Of a stretch of 64,000 nucleotides of DNA, positions 1 to 9,565 are shown in pieces (position 1 is the stretch's first letter; each line of letters starts with the position of its first letter). The position numbers and the translations under genes are program-made. Source of the DNA: Candidatus Poribacteria bacterium (GTDB lineage: Bacteria > Poribacteria > WGA-4E > PCPOR2b); assembly GCA_965218095.1 (NCBI GenBank), contig OZ244587.1, positions 3,200,001-3,264,000 of the forward strand, in the 5' to 3' direction. Below the pieces are notes generated by a model. The model worked only from the letters and a program-made list of their open reading frames with translations, had not been told where the DNA came from and ran no database searches.

Positions 1-194
1 TCAAATTTGCATCAGAAGTTATTCACTTGATACCGGTCAGGCGCCGCTCGACCTGAATCTGGTCTCTTGATCAGGATACAAGATTCAGGTTGCAGATTGA
101 AGCGCAACGGAAATTCCGATCCATCGGAATGAACCGTGAACGCATTGGGGCCAACTGCGAACTCCATCAGATGAAAATAGGAGGAAACATAAAC

Positions 195-524
195 ATGAAA
201 GATAAGTTGCCTGATATTCTCGAAAATGTGATTCGAGAATATCCTGACGTATGGAAAGCCTATCAAGACTTAGGCGAAACGTGTAATAACGCCGGTCCAC
301 TTGACGAAAAAACGGTACGGCTGGTCAAGCTCGCGCTTGCAATCGGGGCAAAGTCAGAAGGGGCTGTGCACTCGCACGCACGCCGTGCCTTGAGACAGGG
401 AATCACGCGTGAAGAACTGCAACAGGTTGCCTTACTTTCGATCACGTCGATTGGCTGGTCATCCGGCATAGCGGCGCTTTCCTGGATTCAAGATGTCGTT
501 GATAAAAGTGCGCCCAAAAGCTAA
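195..524 (+). CDS. Carboxymuconolactone decarboxylase (CMD/AhpD-like) family protein
   Basis: GGAGG RBS before ATG195; motif GPLDEKTVRLVKLALAIG..GAVHSHARRALRQGITREEL. Confidence 0.85.
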   Translation: MKDKLPDILENVIREYPDVWKAYQDLGETCNNAGPLDEKTVRLVKLALAIGAKSEGAVHSHARRALRQGITREELQQVALLSITSIGWSSGIAALSWIQDVVDKSAPKS

Positions 525-729
525 ATGGCTCCGGTTTTTTCCTTGAGATCCGAAGCAACCGGTGCTACACTCTCGTAGCCTTTGACGAGCAATTGCTCAC
601 TCGGAACCATGGAAATTTAAGGTTCATGTGATTTTCATGCAGTAAGGTGCGAAGATAGAGTTTTTGCACGCCGAATATGGATTCCGAAGGATGAAACACT
701 TGCAGGGAAAAGATCGCTAGGAGGTAGCC

Positions 730-1095
730 ATGAACGTTAATCCTGAAATAGCCGAACTTCGACAACTCGTTCAAGAAACGGTCGAAATGGTCGAACAAAA
801 TGCAAGAGACAATGCATATTTGCGTGGTGCATTCGAGCAAGTAGACAAACGCCTTGATAACCTCACGCAAACGGTGGATCAACGCTTTGGCGATTCCACC
901 GAATCTGTCAATTAACGCTTCAAACAAGTGGACGAACGCTTTGAACAGATGGACAGATGTTTTGAAAACATCGAAGCGCGGATTTCTGGTGTTGAGAGCC
1001 AACTTAACTCACAACTGCGGTGGATTATTGGGTTGATGGCGCTGATGTATCTGGCACTCATCGCTTTAATTGTCAAGGTATTTCTCGGTCCGTAG
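730..1095 (+). pseudogene. Coiled-coil protein with C-terminal TM helix (DUF1640/Bdr-like), interrupted by an in-frame TAA
   Basis: GGAGG RBS; TAA at 913-915, after which the frame continues RFKQVDERFEQMD...LRWIIGLMALMYLALIALIVKVFLGP* to 1095. Confidence 0.7.
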
Positions 1096-1165
1096 GACAT
1101 CACCAAATTGATGACCAAACAAAACAATCGACACAAACACATCAACCTACAGAGAGGCATAAAAC

Positions 1166-1573
1166 ATGAGCCAAGATGCACACATTATCCGTTTTGATGA
1201 AGTCACGTCGGTCGATCGCGGGACCGGCGTAACGACGATACCGTTGGCAGGAAAGTAGCTCGGTTCAGCGACGCTGACCAACGGGGTTACGCATTTTGAA
1301 CCGGGCGTAGCGACTGCGCTGCACTACCATAATTGCGATGAGTCGGTTACGATTCTCGAAGGGGATGCATGCTGTGAAGTTGATGAGGCGACCTTCGAGA
1401 TGCAAGCGTACGACACGACCTTTGTCCCCGCTGGCATCCCGCACCGCTTCTGGAATGCGAGCGATAAGCCGATGAAAATACTGTGGACTTGTGCGTCGAC
1501 GAACGTCACACGCACGTTTGTCGAAACGGGCGAACATCTATCCGCCGGAGATCGAGCAGTTGTTGAGAAGTGA
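1166..1573 (+). pseudogene. Cupin domain protein with in-frame TAG
   Basis: MSQDAHIIRF...AGK*LGS...ALHYHNCDESVTILEG...FVPAGIPHRFWN (both cupin motifs); TAG at 1256-1258. Confidence 0.8.
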
Positions 1574-1633
1574 AACGTAGAACGTCAAGCGTAAAACGTA
1601 AAAAATCTTACAGATTACGTTTTACGCAACGCA
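1573..1633. repeat. Heptamer (ACGTAAA/GCGTAAA) tandem repeat arranged as an inverted hairpin
   Basis: aacgtag aacgtca agcgtaa aacgtaa...ttacgtt ttacgca. Confidence 0.75.
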
Positions 1634-1649
1634 ATAGGAGACCCCACCC

Positions 1650-2996
1650 TTGGAGAACCAGATCGAGAAGGCACAGGAAAACCCTCTCCTTACCGGCAAT
1701 ATTACCAAAGGTTTGATAGGGTTAGGTATTCCGGTCGTTGGTTCACTGTTGTTACAAACAGCGTTTAACATCATTGACGCAATTTGGATCGGTCAGCTAG
1801 GCAATGCGGCGCTGGCAGCAATCAGCACGGCTGGATTCGTGATTTGGAGCATTTTTGCGCTGGCGGAAATGGTCGCGATCGGCGTAACAGCGATAGTCGC
1901 TCGGTTCGTCGGGGCGACCGATCAGCATACAGCGGCGCAGGTCGCGGGCCAAGGCATCTGGTTAGGCTTGATTGTCTCGATTGGGATTGGTTTTCTTGTT
2001 GCTCCTTACATTTTCGGTTTCATGGGTACAACGGCGGACGTAACAGGTCACGGGCTCTCATACTTAGGGGTTATGTTTTGGGGCATGCCGAGCCTCATCC
2101 TTTTCTTTGTCCTCAACGCGATCTATCGTGGAAACGGCGATACAAAGACGCCGATGGTGCTGCTAACTATTGCTGTTCTCATCAATGGCGGGCTAGATCC
2201 GTTCTTAATCTTTGGCTGGGGGCCCTTTCCAAGGCTCGAAGTGGCTGGCGCAGCATTCGCTACCGTCATTGCCCGGTGTATTGGGGTGGCAATTGGCGTG
2301 GTGATTCTTTTGCAACGACACAACTGGCTGTACGGGCGAGGAGATGGCCGGGTGTGGATTGATTTCTCCGTGATGTGGCGGATCTTGCGGATCGGTATAC
2401 CGGCATCAATAGCGGGTTTAGTCGTTTGCGTCGTATACATTTTTCTGACAAAAGTAACAACGAAGTTTGGTACAGCATCAGTCGCTGTGCTCGGGGCAGG
2501 TCATAAGATGCAGTCAGTCACGTATATGTTCGGCATGGGGACCTCGGTTGCCGTGACGACGATGGTCGGACAGAATCTCGGCGCCGAACAGCCGGATCGG
2601 GCCGCCCGGACTGCATGGATTGGATGTGGGATTATCACACTCTTTAACGGGTTCATGGCGTTGATCTATTTCACGCTCTCTCCCGCTATCATCCGGTTTT
2701 TTATTGCTGAGCCAGAGGTCATTCAGATCGGTTCAAACTACCTGAAGATTATCGCTATCTCCGAGATCTTCATGGGGATTGAATCGGTATTAGATGGCGC
2801 ATTTAGCGACGCTGGAGATACATTGCCGCCTACTCTGATCTCTGTGCCGCTGACAGTGGCACGCTATCCACTCTCTTACTATTTCGCTGTGATGCTCTGG
2901 AACAACTGGATGGCGATTGCGCTGACGGGCGTCGCACGCGGCATCCTGATTATGTATTGGTTTCGTCGTGGAAAGTGGAAGGAAAAGAAGGTTTGA
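1650..2996 (+). CDS. MATE family efflux transporter
   Basis: Multiple TM helices; RGNGDTKTPM, LDPFLIFG, VGQNLGA motifs; may carry small internal deletions. Confidence 0.9.
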   Translation: MENQIEKAQENPLLTGNITKGLIGLGIPVVGSLLLQTAFNIIDAIWIGQLGNAALAAISTAGFVIWSIFALAEMVAIGVTAIVARFVGATDQHTAAQVAGQGIWLGLIVSIGIGFLVAPYIFGFMGTTADVTGHGLSYLGVMFWGMPSLILFFVLNAIYRGNGDTKTPMVLLTIAVLINGGLDPFLIFGWGPFPRLEVAGAAFATVIARCIGVAIGVVILLQRHNWLYGRGDGRVWIDFSVMWRILRIGIPASIAGLVVCVVYIFLTKVTTKFGTASVAVLGAGHKMQSVTYMFGMGTSVAVTTMVGQNLGAEQPDRAARTAWIGCGIITLFNGFMALIYFTLSPAIIRFFIAEPEVIQIGSNYLKIIAISEIFMGIESVLDGAFSDAGDTLPPTLISVPLTVARYPLSYYFAVMLWNNWMAIALTGVARGILIMYWFRRGKWKEKKV

Positions 2997-3127
2997 AACT
3001 GAAACATGGAAGATAGTGTCAAATAATGGGAAGGCAGATTTCTATGAAAAGTGCAAGGAAAAAATGAAAACCATGTGAAAAAGGTGCACTGAATTGGAAT
3101 TAAAGATGAGAAGGAGATACAAAATCG

Positions 3128-4147
3128 ATGGTCATCGCTATGGCAGCAGGAGCAGAACAACAATATATTGATGCTGGCATCGCCCAAATCACGGAACTCG
3201 GCTACACACCGCACCCGATTTACGGTACGGAGCGCACTGTCATCGCGGCGATTGGCGATGAATGTGGCAAGTACGAGTTGCAACGATTGGAGTCGATGTA
3301 GGGCGTTGATAGGGTCGTGCCAATCCTGGAGCCGTATAAACTCTCTGGCAGAGAAGTAACCTCCGGTGAAAGAACGAAAGTACGCATCGGAGATGTTGAA
3401 ATTAGCAGCGATGAACTAATCTTGATGGCGGGGCCCTGCTCCGTCGAAAGTCGGGAGCAAATTTTGGAATCGGCGGAAATCGTCAAGGAATCCGGCGCAC
3501 AAATCCTGCGGGGAGGCGCTTTCAAGCCGCGCACATCGCCGTACAGCTTTCAAGGGCTTGGAGAGGCAGGGTTGCAATACCTCGCTGAAGCGCGGGACAA
3601 AACGGGACTTCTGATTATCACGGAATTGATGGATAGCCAGGACCTCCAGCTTGTTGAGCAGTACACGGACATCATCCAGATTGGCGCGCGGAATATGCAG
3701 AACTACGGGCTCCTCTCGCGCCTCCGTGAGACGAAAAAGCCCGTGATGCTCAAGCGCGGCATGATGTCGAAAGTCAATGAACTTCTGCTTTCAGCGGAAT
3801 ACATCCTTTCCGAAGGGAATTACAACGTTATCTTGTGCGAGCGCGGCATTCGCACGTTTGAAACGGCGACGCGGAATACATTTGACCTGAACGCAATTCC
3901 GGTGATTAAAAAAATGAGCCATTTGCCTATCATCGCAGATCCGAGCCACGGGACGGGGCATTGGGAGTACGTTAATCCAATGGCAAAGGCAGCCGTGGCG
4001 GCGGGGGCAGATGGGCTGATGATTGAAGTCCATCCCCAGCCTGAAAAAACGTTGTCTGATGGCGCACAGTCCCTCCGCCCAGACAAATTCCTTCAATTGG
4101 TTAAAGAACTCAAACCGTTTATTGAGGCAAGTGGATGGACGTTTTAG
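3128..4147 (+). pseudogene. aroF: Class I-beta DAHP synthase with N-terminal ACT-like regulatory domain; in-frame TAG between the domains
   Basis: AAGGAG RBS and ATG3128 (MVIAM...GTERTVIAAIGDE); TAG 3299-3301; catalytic motifs [30 protein letters not shown]. Confidence 0.9.
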
Positions 4148-4266
4148 ACAATCAACGAATCGTCTTACGTTTTACGCAATATGCATCACACATTTCTCTC
4201 TTGTAATTCGCTGTAACTTCTGGTAATATGGTAGCGATATTCCACAAAATATGGAGGGCTAAAATT

Positions 4267-5529
4267 ATGGCATTACCAAGAATGATTCGTATAAAACAGC
4301 ATTTTGAGGCGCCCGTTGTCGCAGATTTGCCCGCAGCGATTGCGGCAGAATTGGATCAAATCGATACAGCGTCAATTGTGGGCAAAGGGGATAGCGTCGC
4401 TGTCGGCGCAGGGAGCCGTGGGGTTGCGAACATCGATATCGTCGTCAAGGCAACGGTGGATTATCTCAAGGGACTCGGTGCAAAACCGTTTGTTGTCCCA
4501 GCGATGGGAAGCCACGGTGGAGCCACCCCGGAAGGGCAGCGGGGTGTGTTAGAGCATTACGGTATTACCGAAGAGACGGTAGGCGCACCGGTCAAGACAA
4601 CGATGGATGTTGTTGAAATCGGTCAAACCGCCGACGGATTGCCCGTTTTCCTCGATCGGTATGCTTCTGAAGCGGATGGCATCATTCCGATTAATCGGAT
4701 TAAAGCGCATACTGATTTCAGGGGCTCGATCGAGAGCGGATTGCTGAAGATGTTGACGATCGGGTTTGGCAAACAGCACGGCGCGAATATGTACCATCGT
4801 GCCTTTTTCCACTACGGGTTTGAGCATGTTATCCGGACAGTTACTGGCTTGCTCTTAGACGCCGGAAGGATCGCCTTTGGTGTTGGGCTGGTCGAAAACG
4901 CCCACGAACAGACCGCGAAGGTTGCCGCAATGCGCGCCGATGAACTAACGCGTCGGGAACGCGAACTTCTCATCGAAGCGAAGTCACTGATGGGACGACT
5001 GCCGTTTGATGCATTCGATCTCTTAGTGGTGGATTGGATGGGAAAGAACATCAGCGGGACGGGAATGGACACAAACATCATTGGTCGCATGATGCAGATC
5101 CTTGAGCCGGAGCCTGAGAAGCCGGCGATTGTGCGAATCTTCGTCCGCGATCTGACGGACGATAGCGACGGCAACGCGACAGGGGTTGGGTTAGCAGATT
5201 TTACAACGACGCGCCTTGTGGAAAAAATGGATCGGCACGCGACGTACATGAATGGCATCACCGGGATGGGTCCTCAGAAATCGAAAACGCCCTTCTACTA
5301 CGACACAGACCGGGAGGCTATCGAGGTCGCATTGAACACGGTCGGACTTACCCCGCCTGAAGAGACAAAGGTGGTGCGCATCGAAAGCACCCTCAGTCTA
5401 GCGCAGGTGGACATCTCCGAAGCCCTACTTGAAGACGCGAAGCTGCGCAGCGATCTGGAGGTCATCGACGAGTTGAAGCCGTTTGCGTTTGATTCCGCCG
5501 GCAATCTGCCGCCGTTTGATGAAAAGTAA
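4267..5529 (+). CDS. Lactate-racemase (LarA N-terminal)/DUF362-like domain protein
   Basis: GSRGVANI, PAMGSHGGATPEGQ, NRIKAHTDF, GKNISGTGMDTNIIGR motifs; GGAGG RBS. Confidence 0.75.
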   Translation: MALPRMIRIKQHFEAPVVADLPAAIAAELDQIDTASIVGKGDSVAVGAGSRGVANIDIVVKATVDYLKGLGAKPFVVPAMGSHGGATPEGQRGVLEHYGITEETVGAPVKTTMDVVEIGQTADGLPVFLDRYASEADGIIPINRIKAHTDFRGSIESGLLKMLTIGFGKQHGANMYHRAFFHYGFEHVIRTVTGLLLDAGRIAFGVGLVENAHEQTAKVAAMRADELTRRERELLIEAKSLMGRLPFDAFDLLVVDWMGKNISGTGMDTNIIGRMMQILEPEPEKPAIVRIFVRDLTDDSDGNATGVGLADFTTTRLVEKMDRHATYMNGITGMGPQKSKTPFYYDTDREAIEVALNTVGLTPPEETKVVRIESTLSLAQVDISEALLEDAKLRSDLEVIDELKPFAFDSAGNLPPFDEK

Positions 5530-5687
5530 TACGCTATTCTTGACCCATAAGTTAGACAGGTTCAAGTTGTAAGGGGGTGTCCCCCAAACTGTTTTGGTTC
5601 GGGAGTACAACCCCTCACAACTCACAGCATGGCCGTTTTATAGATCAGCTCTTCACACATTACGCCGCACGAAGCAGGGAGAATTAC

Positions 5688-6302
5688 TTGAAACGCCTGA
5701 TTGTCGGAATTACGGGGGCGAGCGCCGTCATCTATGGTGTACGCCTCCTCGAAGTCTTCACCCAACGCGACAACTATGAAATCCACCTGACGATTTCCAA
5801 CGCCGGCGCAAGGGCGCTGTGGGAGGAACTTCAGATCCGTGTGGATTTGGACGATTTCCGCCTTGAATCCGTGATCGGCAGGTCGTCAGATCAGGTGATT
5901 TACCACCATCAGTCCGACATCGCGGCGTCAATTGCGAGCGGCTCCTTCCGCACGGAGGGGATGATTATTGCGCCATGCAGCATGGGGACGATCGGCTCGA
6001 TAGCGGCTGGCGTCTCCCGCAACCTCATCCATCGTGCCGCCGATGTCTGCATCAAAGAACGGCGCAAGCTCGTCCTCGTACCCCGCGAAACGCCTCTAAG
6101 TGCCATCCATCTCGAAAATATGCTCAAACTGTCCCAACTCGGGGTGGTCATTCTGCCCGCCATGCCGGGTTTCTACCACTTTCCCAAGACGGTCGATGAT
6201 ATGATTAACTTCGTCATCACGAAGTTGCTGGATCAGTTTGGCATTGATGCGGGGCTCATCCAGCGATGGAAGGAAACAAACCATGCTCTTCCGAAAAATT
6301 AA
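5688..6302 (+). CDS. ubiX: Flavin prenyltransferase UbiX
   Basis: VGITGASA, IASGSF, APCSMGT, RAADVCIKERRKLVLVPRETPL, PAMPGFYH; TTG start inferred. Confidence 0.95.
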   Translation: MKRLIVGITGASAVIYGVRLLEVFTQRDNYEIHLTISNAGARALWEELQIRVDLDDFRLESVIGRSSDQVIYHHQSDIAASIASGSFRTEGMIIAPCSMGTIGSIAAGVSRNLIHRAADVCIKERRKLVLVPRETPLSAIHLENMLKLSQLGVVILPAMPGFYHFPKTVDDMINFVITKLLDQFGIDAGLIQRWKETNHALPKN

Positions 6303-7137
6303 AATCATCCTCGACATGATCAAATTTGAGCACACAATCTTCATACTGCCATTTGCGATTATGAGCGCGTTCATTGCCTCAAACGGATTTCCCGCATGGG
6401 ATAAGTTCGGCTGGATCCTCGTGGCGATGGTTGGGGCGCGGAGTTGTGCGATGGCGTTCAACCGCCTCGCCGACGCAGAAATCGACAAAGCCAATCCACG
6501 CACTGCGATACGAGCCATTCCTGCTGGACTGATCACGAAGGGATCAGTGTGGGTCTTTACGCTCATTTCCGCTGCACTGCTCGTACTCGCCGCATACAAC
6601 CTAAATCCACTTGCCTTCGCGCTTTCACCTGTCGCACTCGTGGTGATCATGGGCTACTCCTACACGAAACGCTTTACCTCTCTTGCTCACCTCTGGCTGG
6701 GCACTTCCCTCTCAATTGCGCCAATTGGGGCATGGATCGCTATCAAAGGTCGGTTTGATTCGACACCGATGCTGCTCGGTTTGGCGGTGCTGCTCTGGAC
6801 AGCGGGATTCGACATCATCTACGCTTGTCAGGATTTCGATTTTGATCGTTGGCATAGACTTTACTCGATTCCTGCAAAACTCGGAGTTCGACGAGCGCTG
6901 TGGATTTCGTCCGCGCTACATGTTGTGATGGTCGCTGTACTCATTAGCGTTACGCAGTTGACCGATCTTGGAACCCTCTACCTGGTCGGGGTTGGCATCG
7001 TCATCGCTATCTTAATCTATGAACACGCAATTGTCAAGCCCAACGACCTCTCTCGAGTAAATCTCGCTTTCTTTACGCTGAACGGGATGGTGAGTTTAGT
7101 GCTGATGGCGTTGTCTGTTGCAGATATGATATTTTAG
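6283..7137 (+). CDS. ubiA: UbiA-family polyprenyltransferase, MqnP-like (futalosine menaquinone pathway)
   Basis: IKFEHTIF, ARSCAMAFNRLADAEID..NPRT..R.IPAG, YSYTKRFT, GFDIIYACQD; overlaps ubiX. Confidence 0.9.
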   Translation: MLFRKIKIILDMIKFEHTIFILPFAIMSAFIASNGFPAWDKFGWILVAMVGARSCAMAFNRLADAEIDKANPRTAIRAIPAGLITKGSVWVFTLISAALLVLAAYNLNPLAFALSPVALVVIMGYSYTKRFTSLAHLWLGTSLSIAPIGAWIAIKGRFDSTPMLLGLAVLLWTAGFDIIYACQDFDFDRWHRLYSIPAKLGVRRALWISSALHVVMVAVLISVTQLTDLGTLYLVGVGIVIAILIYEHAIVKPNDLSRVNLAFFTLNGMVSLVLMALSVADMIF

Positions 7138-7149
7138 GAGGTGTTGATC

Positions 7150-7407
7150 ATGACACAAACGATTGAAGCGATGTACGAAAAAGGTGTGCTTCGCCCATTC
7201 CAGCCATTGGATGGGGTTGTCGAGCATACGAAAGTGAAAGTCACGGTGGAAGTTGAAGCAAAACCACGTTATCCGTTGGTGGACTGTATTGATATTCTTC
7301 CTGACATTTTTCTAACTCGCGTACTTATTTTTACTAAGCTTTGGACAATTTTACCCTCACCAAAATCAGTAATAGCAAGGGTTGTGGATTTTAATCAGAG
7401 TTCATAA
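7150..7407 (+). pseudogene. DUF104/AF2212-like antitoxin, 3' end probably replaced by inserted DNA
   Basis: MTQTIEAMYEKGVLRPFQPLD..VKVTVE signature; sequence turns AT-rich after about 7305. Confidence 0.7.
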
Positions 7408-7579
7408 AATCTCTCGACTCACACAAAATTCTCCCCAATTGCCGGAGGAATGCAGTGGTCTGATTTTGGGGATTTGTCTGACCAATCTGTTACCATCGAT
7501 ACCGCAGATGGCTTCAAGCGAAGTCTCTTCTCACTTTAGACACTTTAGTACACTGTCCAAACTTTAACGACTTATGCTA

Positions 7580-8399
7580 GGTTCTGTTGACATTTGAGTA
7601 TAAGGTTGTGGCATAATAGAAGAATGATGCCAATAACCTTACCCGATGACCAATGGAAAAAGATATACTCGTTTCTTCTAACTTGTCCCACCATCTATGT
7701 TGGCAACGAAGCGACAACACGCCGCTTTATCGAAGCGGTTCTCTGGGCGACCCGTAGCGGTGCTCAATGGAGACTTCTGCCAGACACCTATGGCAAATGG
7801 AACACCCTCTATAAGCGGTTTGCACGGTGGTGCGACAAAGGCATCTTCACACAGATGCACCACCACTTTGCCTCTGACCCCGATATCGAGTCGCTTATTG
7901 TGGACAGTACAATCATTCGAGCGCACCCGTGTGCGGCGGGCGCCTTAAAAAAAAGGGTGGCACTGAAAACCAAGCGTTAGGCTGCTCTCGCGGGGGATTC
8001 AGTACAAAAATTCACATCACCGTTGACGGCCTGGGTAATCCACTAAGAGTACATCTGACGCCCGGTCAAAGAAACGACATAGCGGAAGCAGAAGCGTTGA
8101 TACTTGGATATAAAAGCGAGTATGTGATTGGAGACAAGGGATATGACTCCGACAATTTTATCGCCGTTATTGAGGCGAATGGAGCGATTGCGGTGATACC
8201 GCCCAAAAGTCATCGTGTGGATCAAAGAGATTACGACAAACATCTGTACCGAGAGAGACATCTGGTTGAATGTTTCATTAACAAGATAAAATGGTATCGC
8301 CGCATCTTCTCTCGGTTCGAGAAGCTAGCTGTCCGTTATTTTGGATTTCTCAGCTTTGTCTCCACTCTTATATGGCTCCCTTGAAATGTCAACAGAACC
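7580..8399 (+). mobile_element. IS5-family (IS427-like) element, apparently intact
   Basis: Perfect 16-bp TIR GGTTCTGTTGACATTT / AAATGTCAACAGAACC; TA duplication within CTAG. Confidence 0.95.
7624..8384 (+). CDS. IS5 transposase, OrfA/OrfB joined by a probable -1 programmed frameshift
   Basis: OrfA GAQWRLLP..YGKWNTLYKRF..W, VDSTIIRAH; A-run TTAAAAAAAAG near 7945-7955; OrfB SRGGFSTKIH, GDKGYDSD, YRERHLVECF. Confidence 0.92.
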
Positions 8400-8473
8400 T
8401 AGTTAAAAGGCAAAGGAAGTGCTATCCTTTGAGAGAAGTTACTTATCTTGAATGAAAGAGAGGAAGCATTTCA

Positions 8474-9415
8474 ATGGAGTTATGTCAAAAGCGGAGTGCC
8501 GCTTTCGCACAAGAAGGAATCACGTCGCTGAATCTCGAAGACTTGCTGAGTGTGAGTTTCATTGTTATTGATGATTTGTATGAACACCATTTCCCCGATG
8601 GAATGCCCCATCGGGGTGTCCCCAAAGCAACCTAGCCGACAGTGAAGTAATAACCATCGCTTGGGTCGGTGAGATGGTTAGCATTGATAGTCAACGGGTT
8701 GGTATAACCTTGTCAAAAAGGAGTTCTGCCATCTATTTCCGCATTTACCTGAGTGAACTCGATTTAATCGTCGGCGTCGTAATCTGTGGGAAGTAAGTGG
8801 AAAACTTAGACAAGCACTCAACGATGAACTTCCGTTAAACGACATCTTCATTGTCGATAGCTTGCCTGTCCCCCTCTGTGACTTTAAACGTGCGCATTCT
8901 TCCACATCGCCTCTCAAGTGTCAGGACCTACGGGTATTGTGAAACCAAAGGATTGGGTACATTCTTAGGATTTCGCGTTCATCTAATCATCAAGGCGTAC
9001 CCCTCGCTTTTTCCGTACCCAATGCCAATGTTGATGAGCGGGAGGTGCTTTCGACGATGTGTGAAACAGGCGATTATCCCCTGATAATTGGAGACAAAGG
9101 TTACATTTCAGACCCATTGAGTGAGATGCTCCTTGAGTTGGATGGGATTCGCTTATTCGCTATCAAGCGTGAGAATCAGAAGTCACAACATATGCCACAA
9201 CTCCGGCGGGATCTCAATCGGATTCGGACACGAATTGAAACTACCATCAATCAACTCAATGCCCAGTTTCATCTCTGTCGAATCAGAGCGCGTTATCATT
9301 GGGGCATGTTGACCCGAATTATTGATAAGCTAGTGGGGTTCAGCTTAGCAGTTTTGCTCAACCGCAGTCTAGGACGACCGCTTATGGAAATCAAAGACTT
9401 AGTTTTCGCATACCC
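8474..9415 (+). pseudogene. IS982-family transposase, frameshifted and nonsense
   Basis: DSEVITIAW, FPHLPE*TRFNRRRRNL, IVDSLPVPLC, GDKGYIS, RTRIETTINQL spread over several frames. Confidence 0.85.
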
Positions 9416-9565
9416 TATATCAACTAGCACAAGTCGTAACTTTAGTATTTTTAGCATGAGCCAGAAATTGAAGTTTGACGATTTTCATAAGATCTTTCAT
9501 CATTTCCTCCCAAACGTTCGCTGACTGGTTTTTATCCCTTCTGTAATCGTCAAAAAAGTCACTTT

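Larger units (their letters stand above)
7567..9437 (+). mobile_element. IS982-family element (degenerate), left TIR interrupted by IS5
   Basis: Reconstructed left TIR ACGACTTATGCTAGTTAA vs right TIR (rc) ACGACTTGTGCTAGTTGA; 7-bp TSD AACTTTA at 7560-7566 and 9438-9444. Confidence 0.85.

Noticed and set aside
565-1002. 145-aa minus-strand ORF
   Set aside because: Antisense shadow of the repetitive coiled-coil gene
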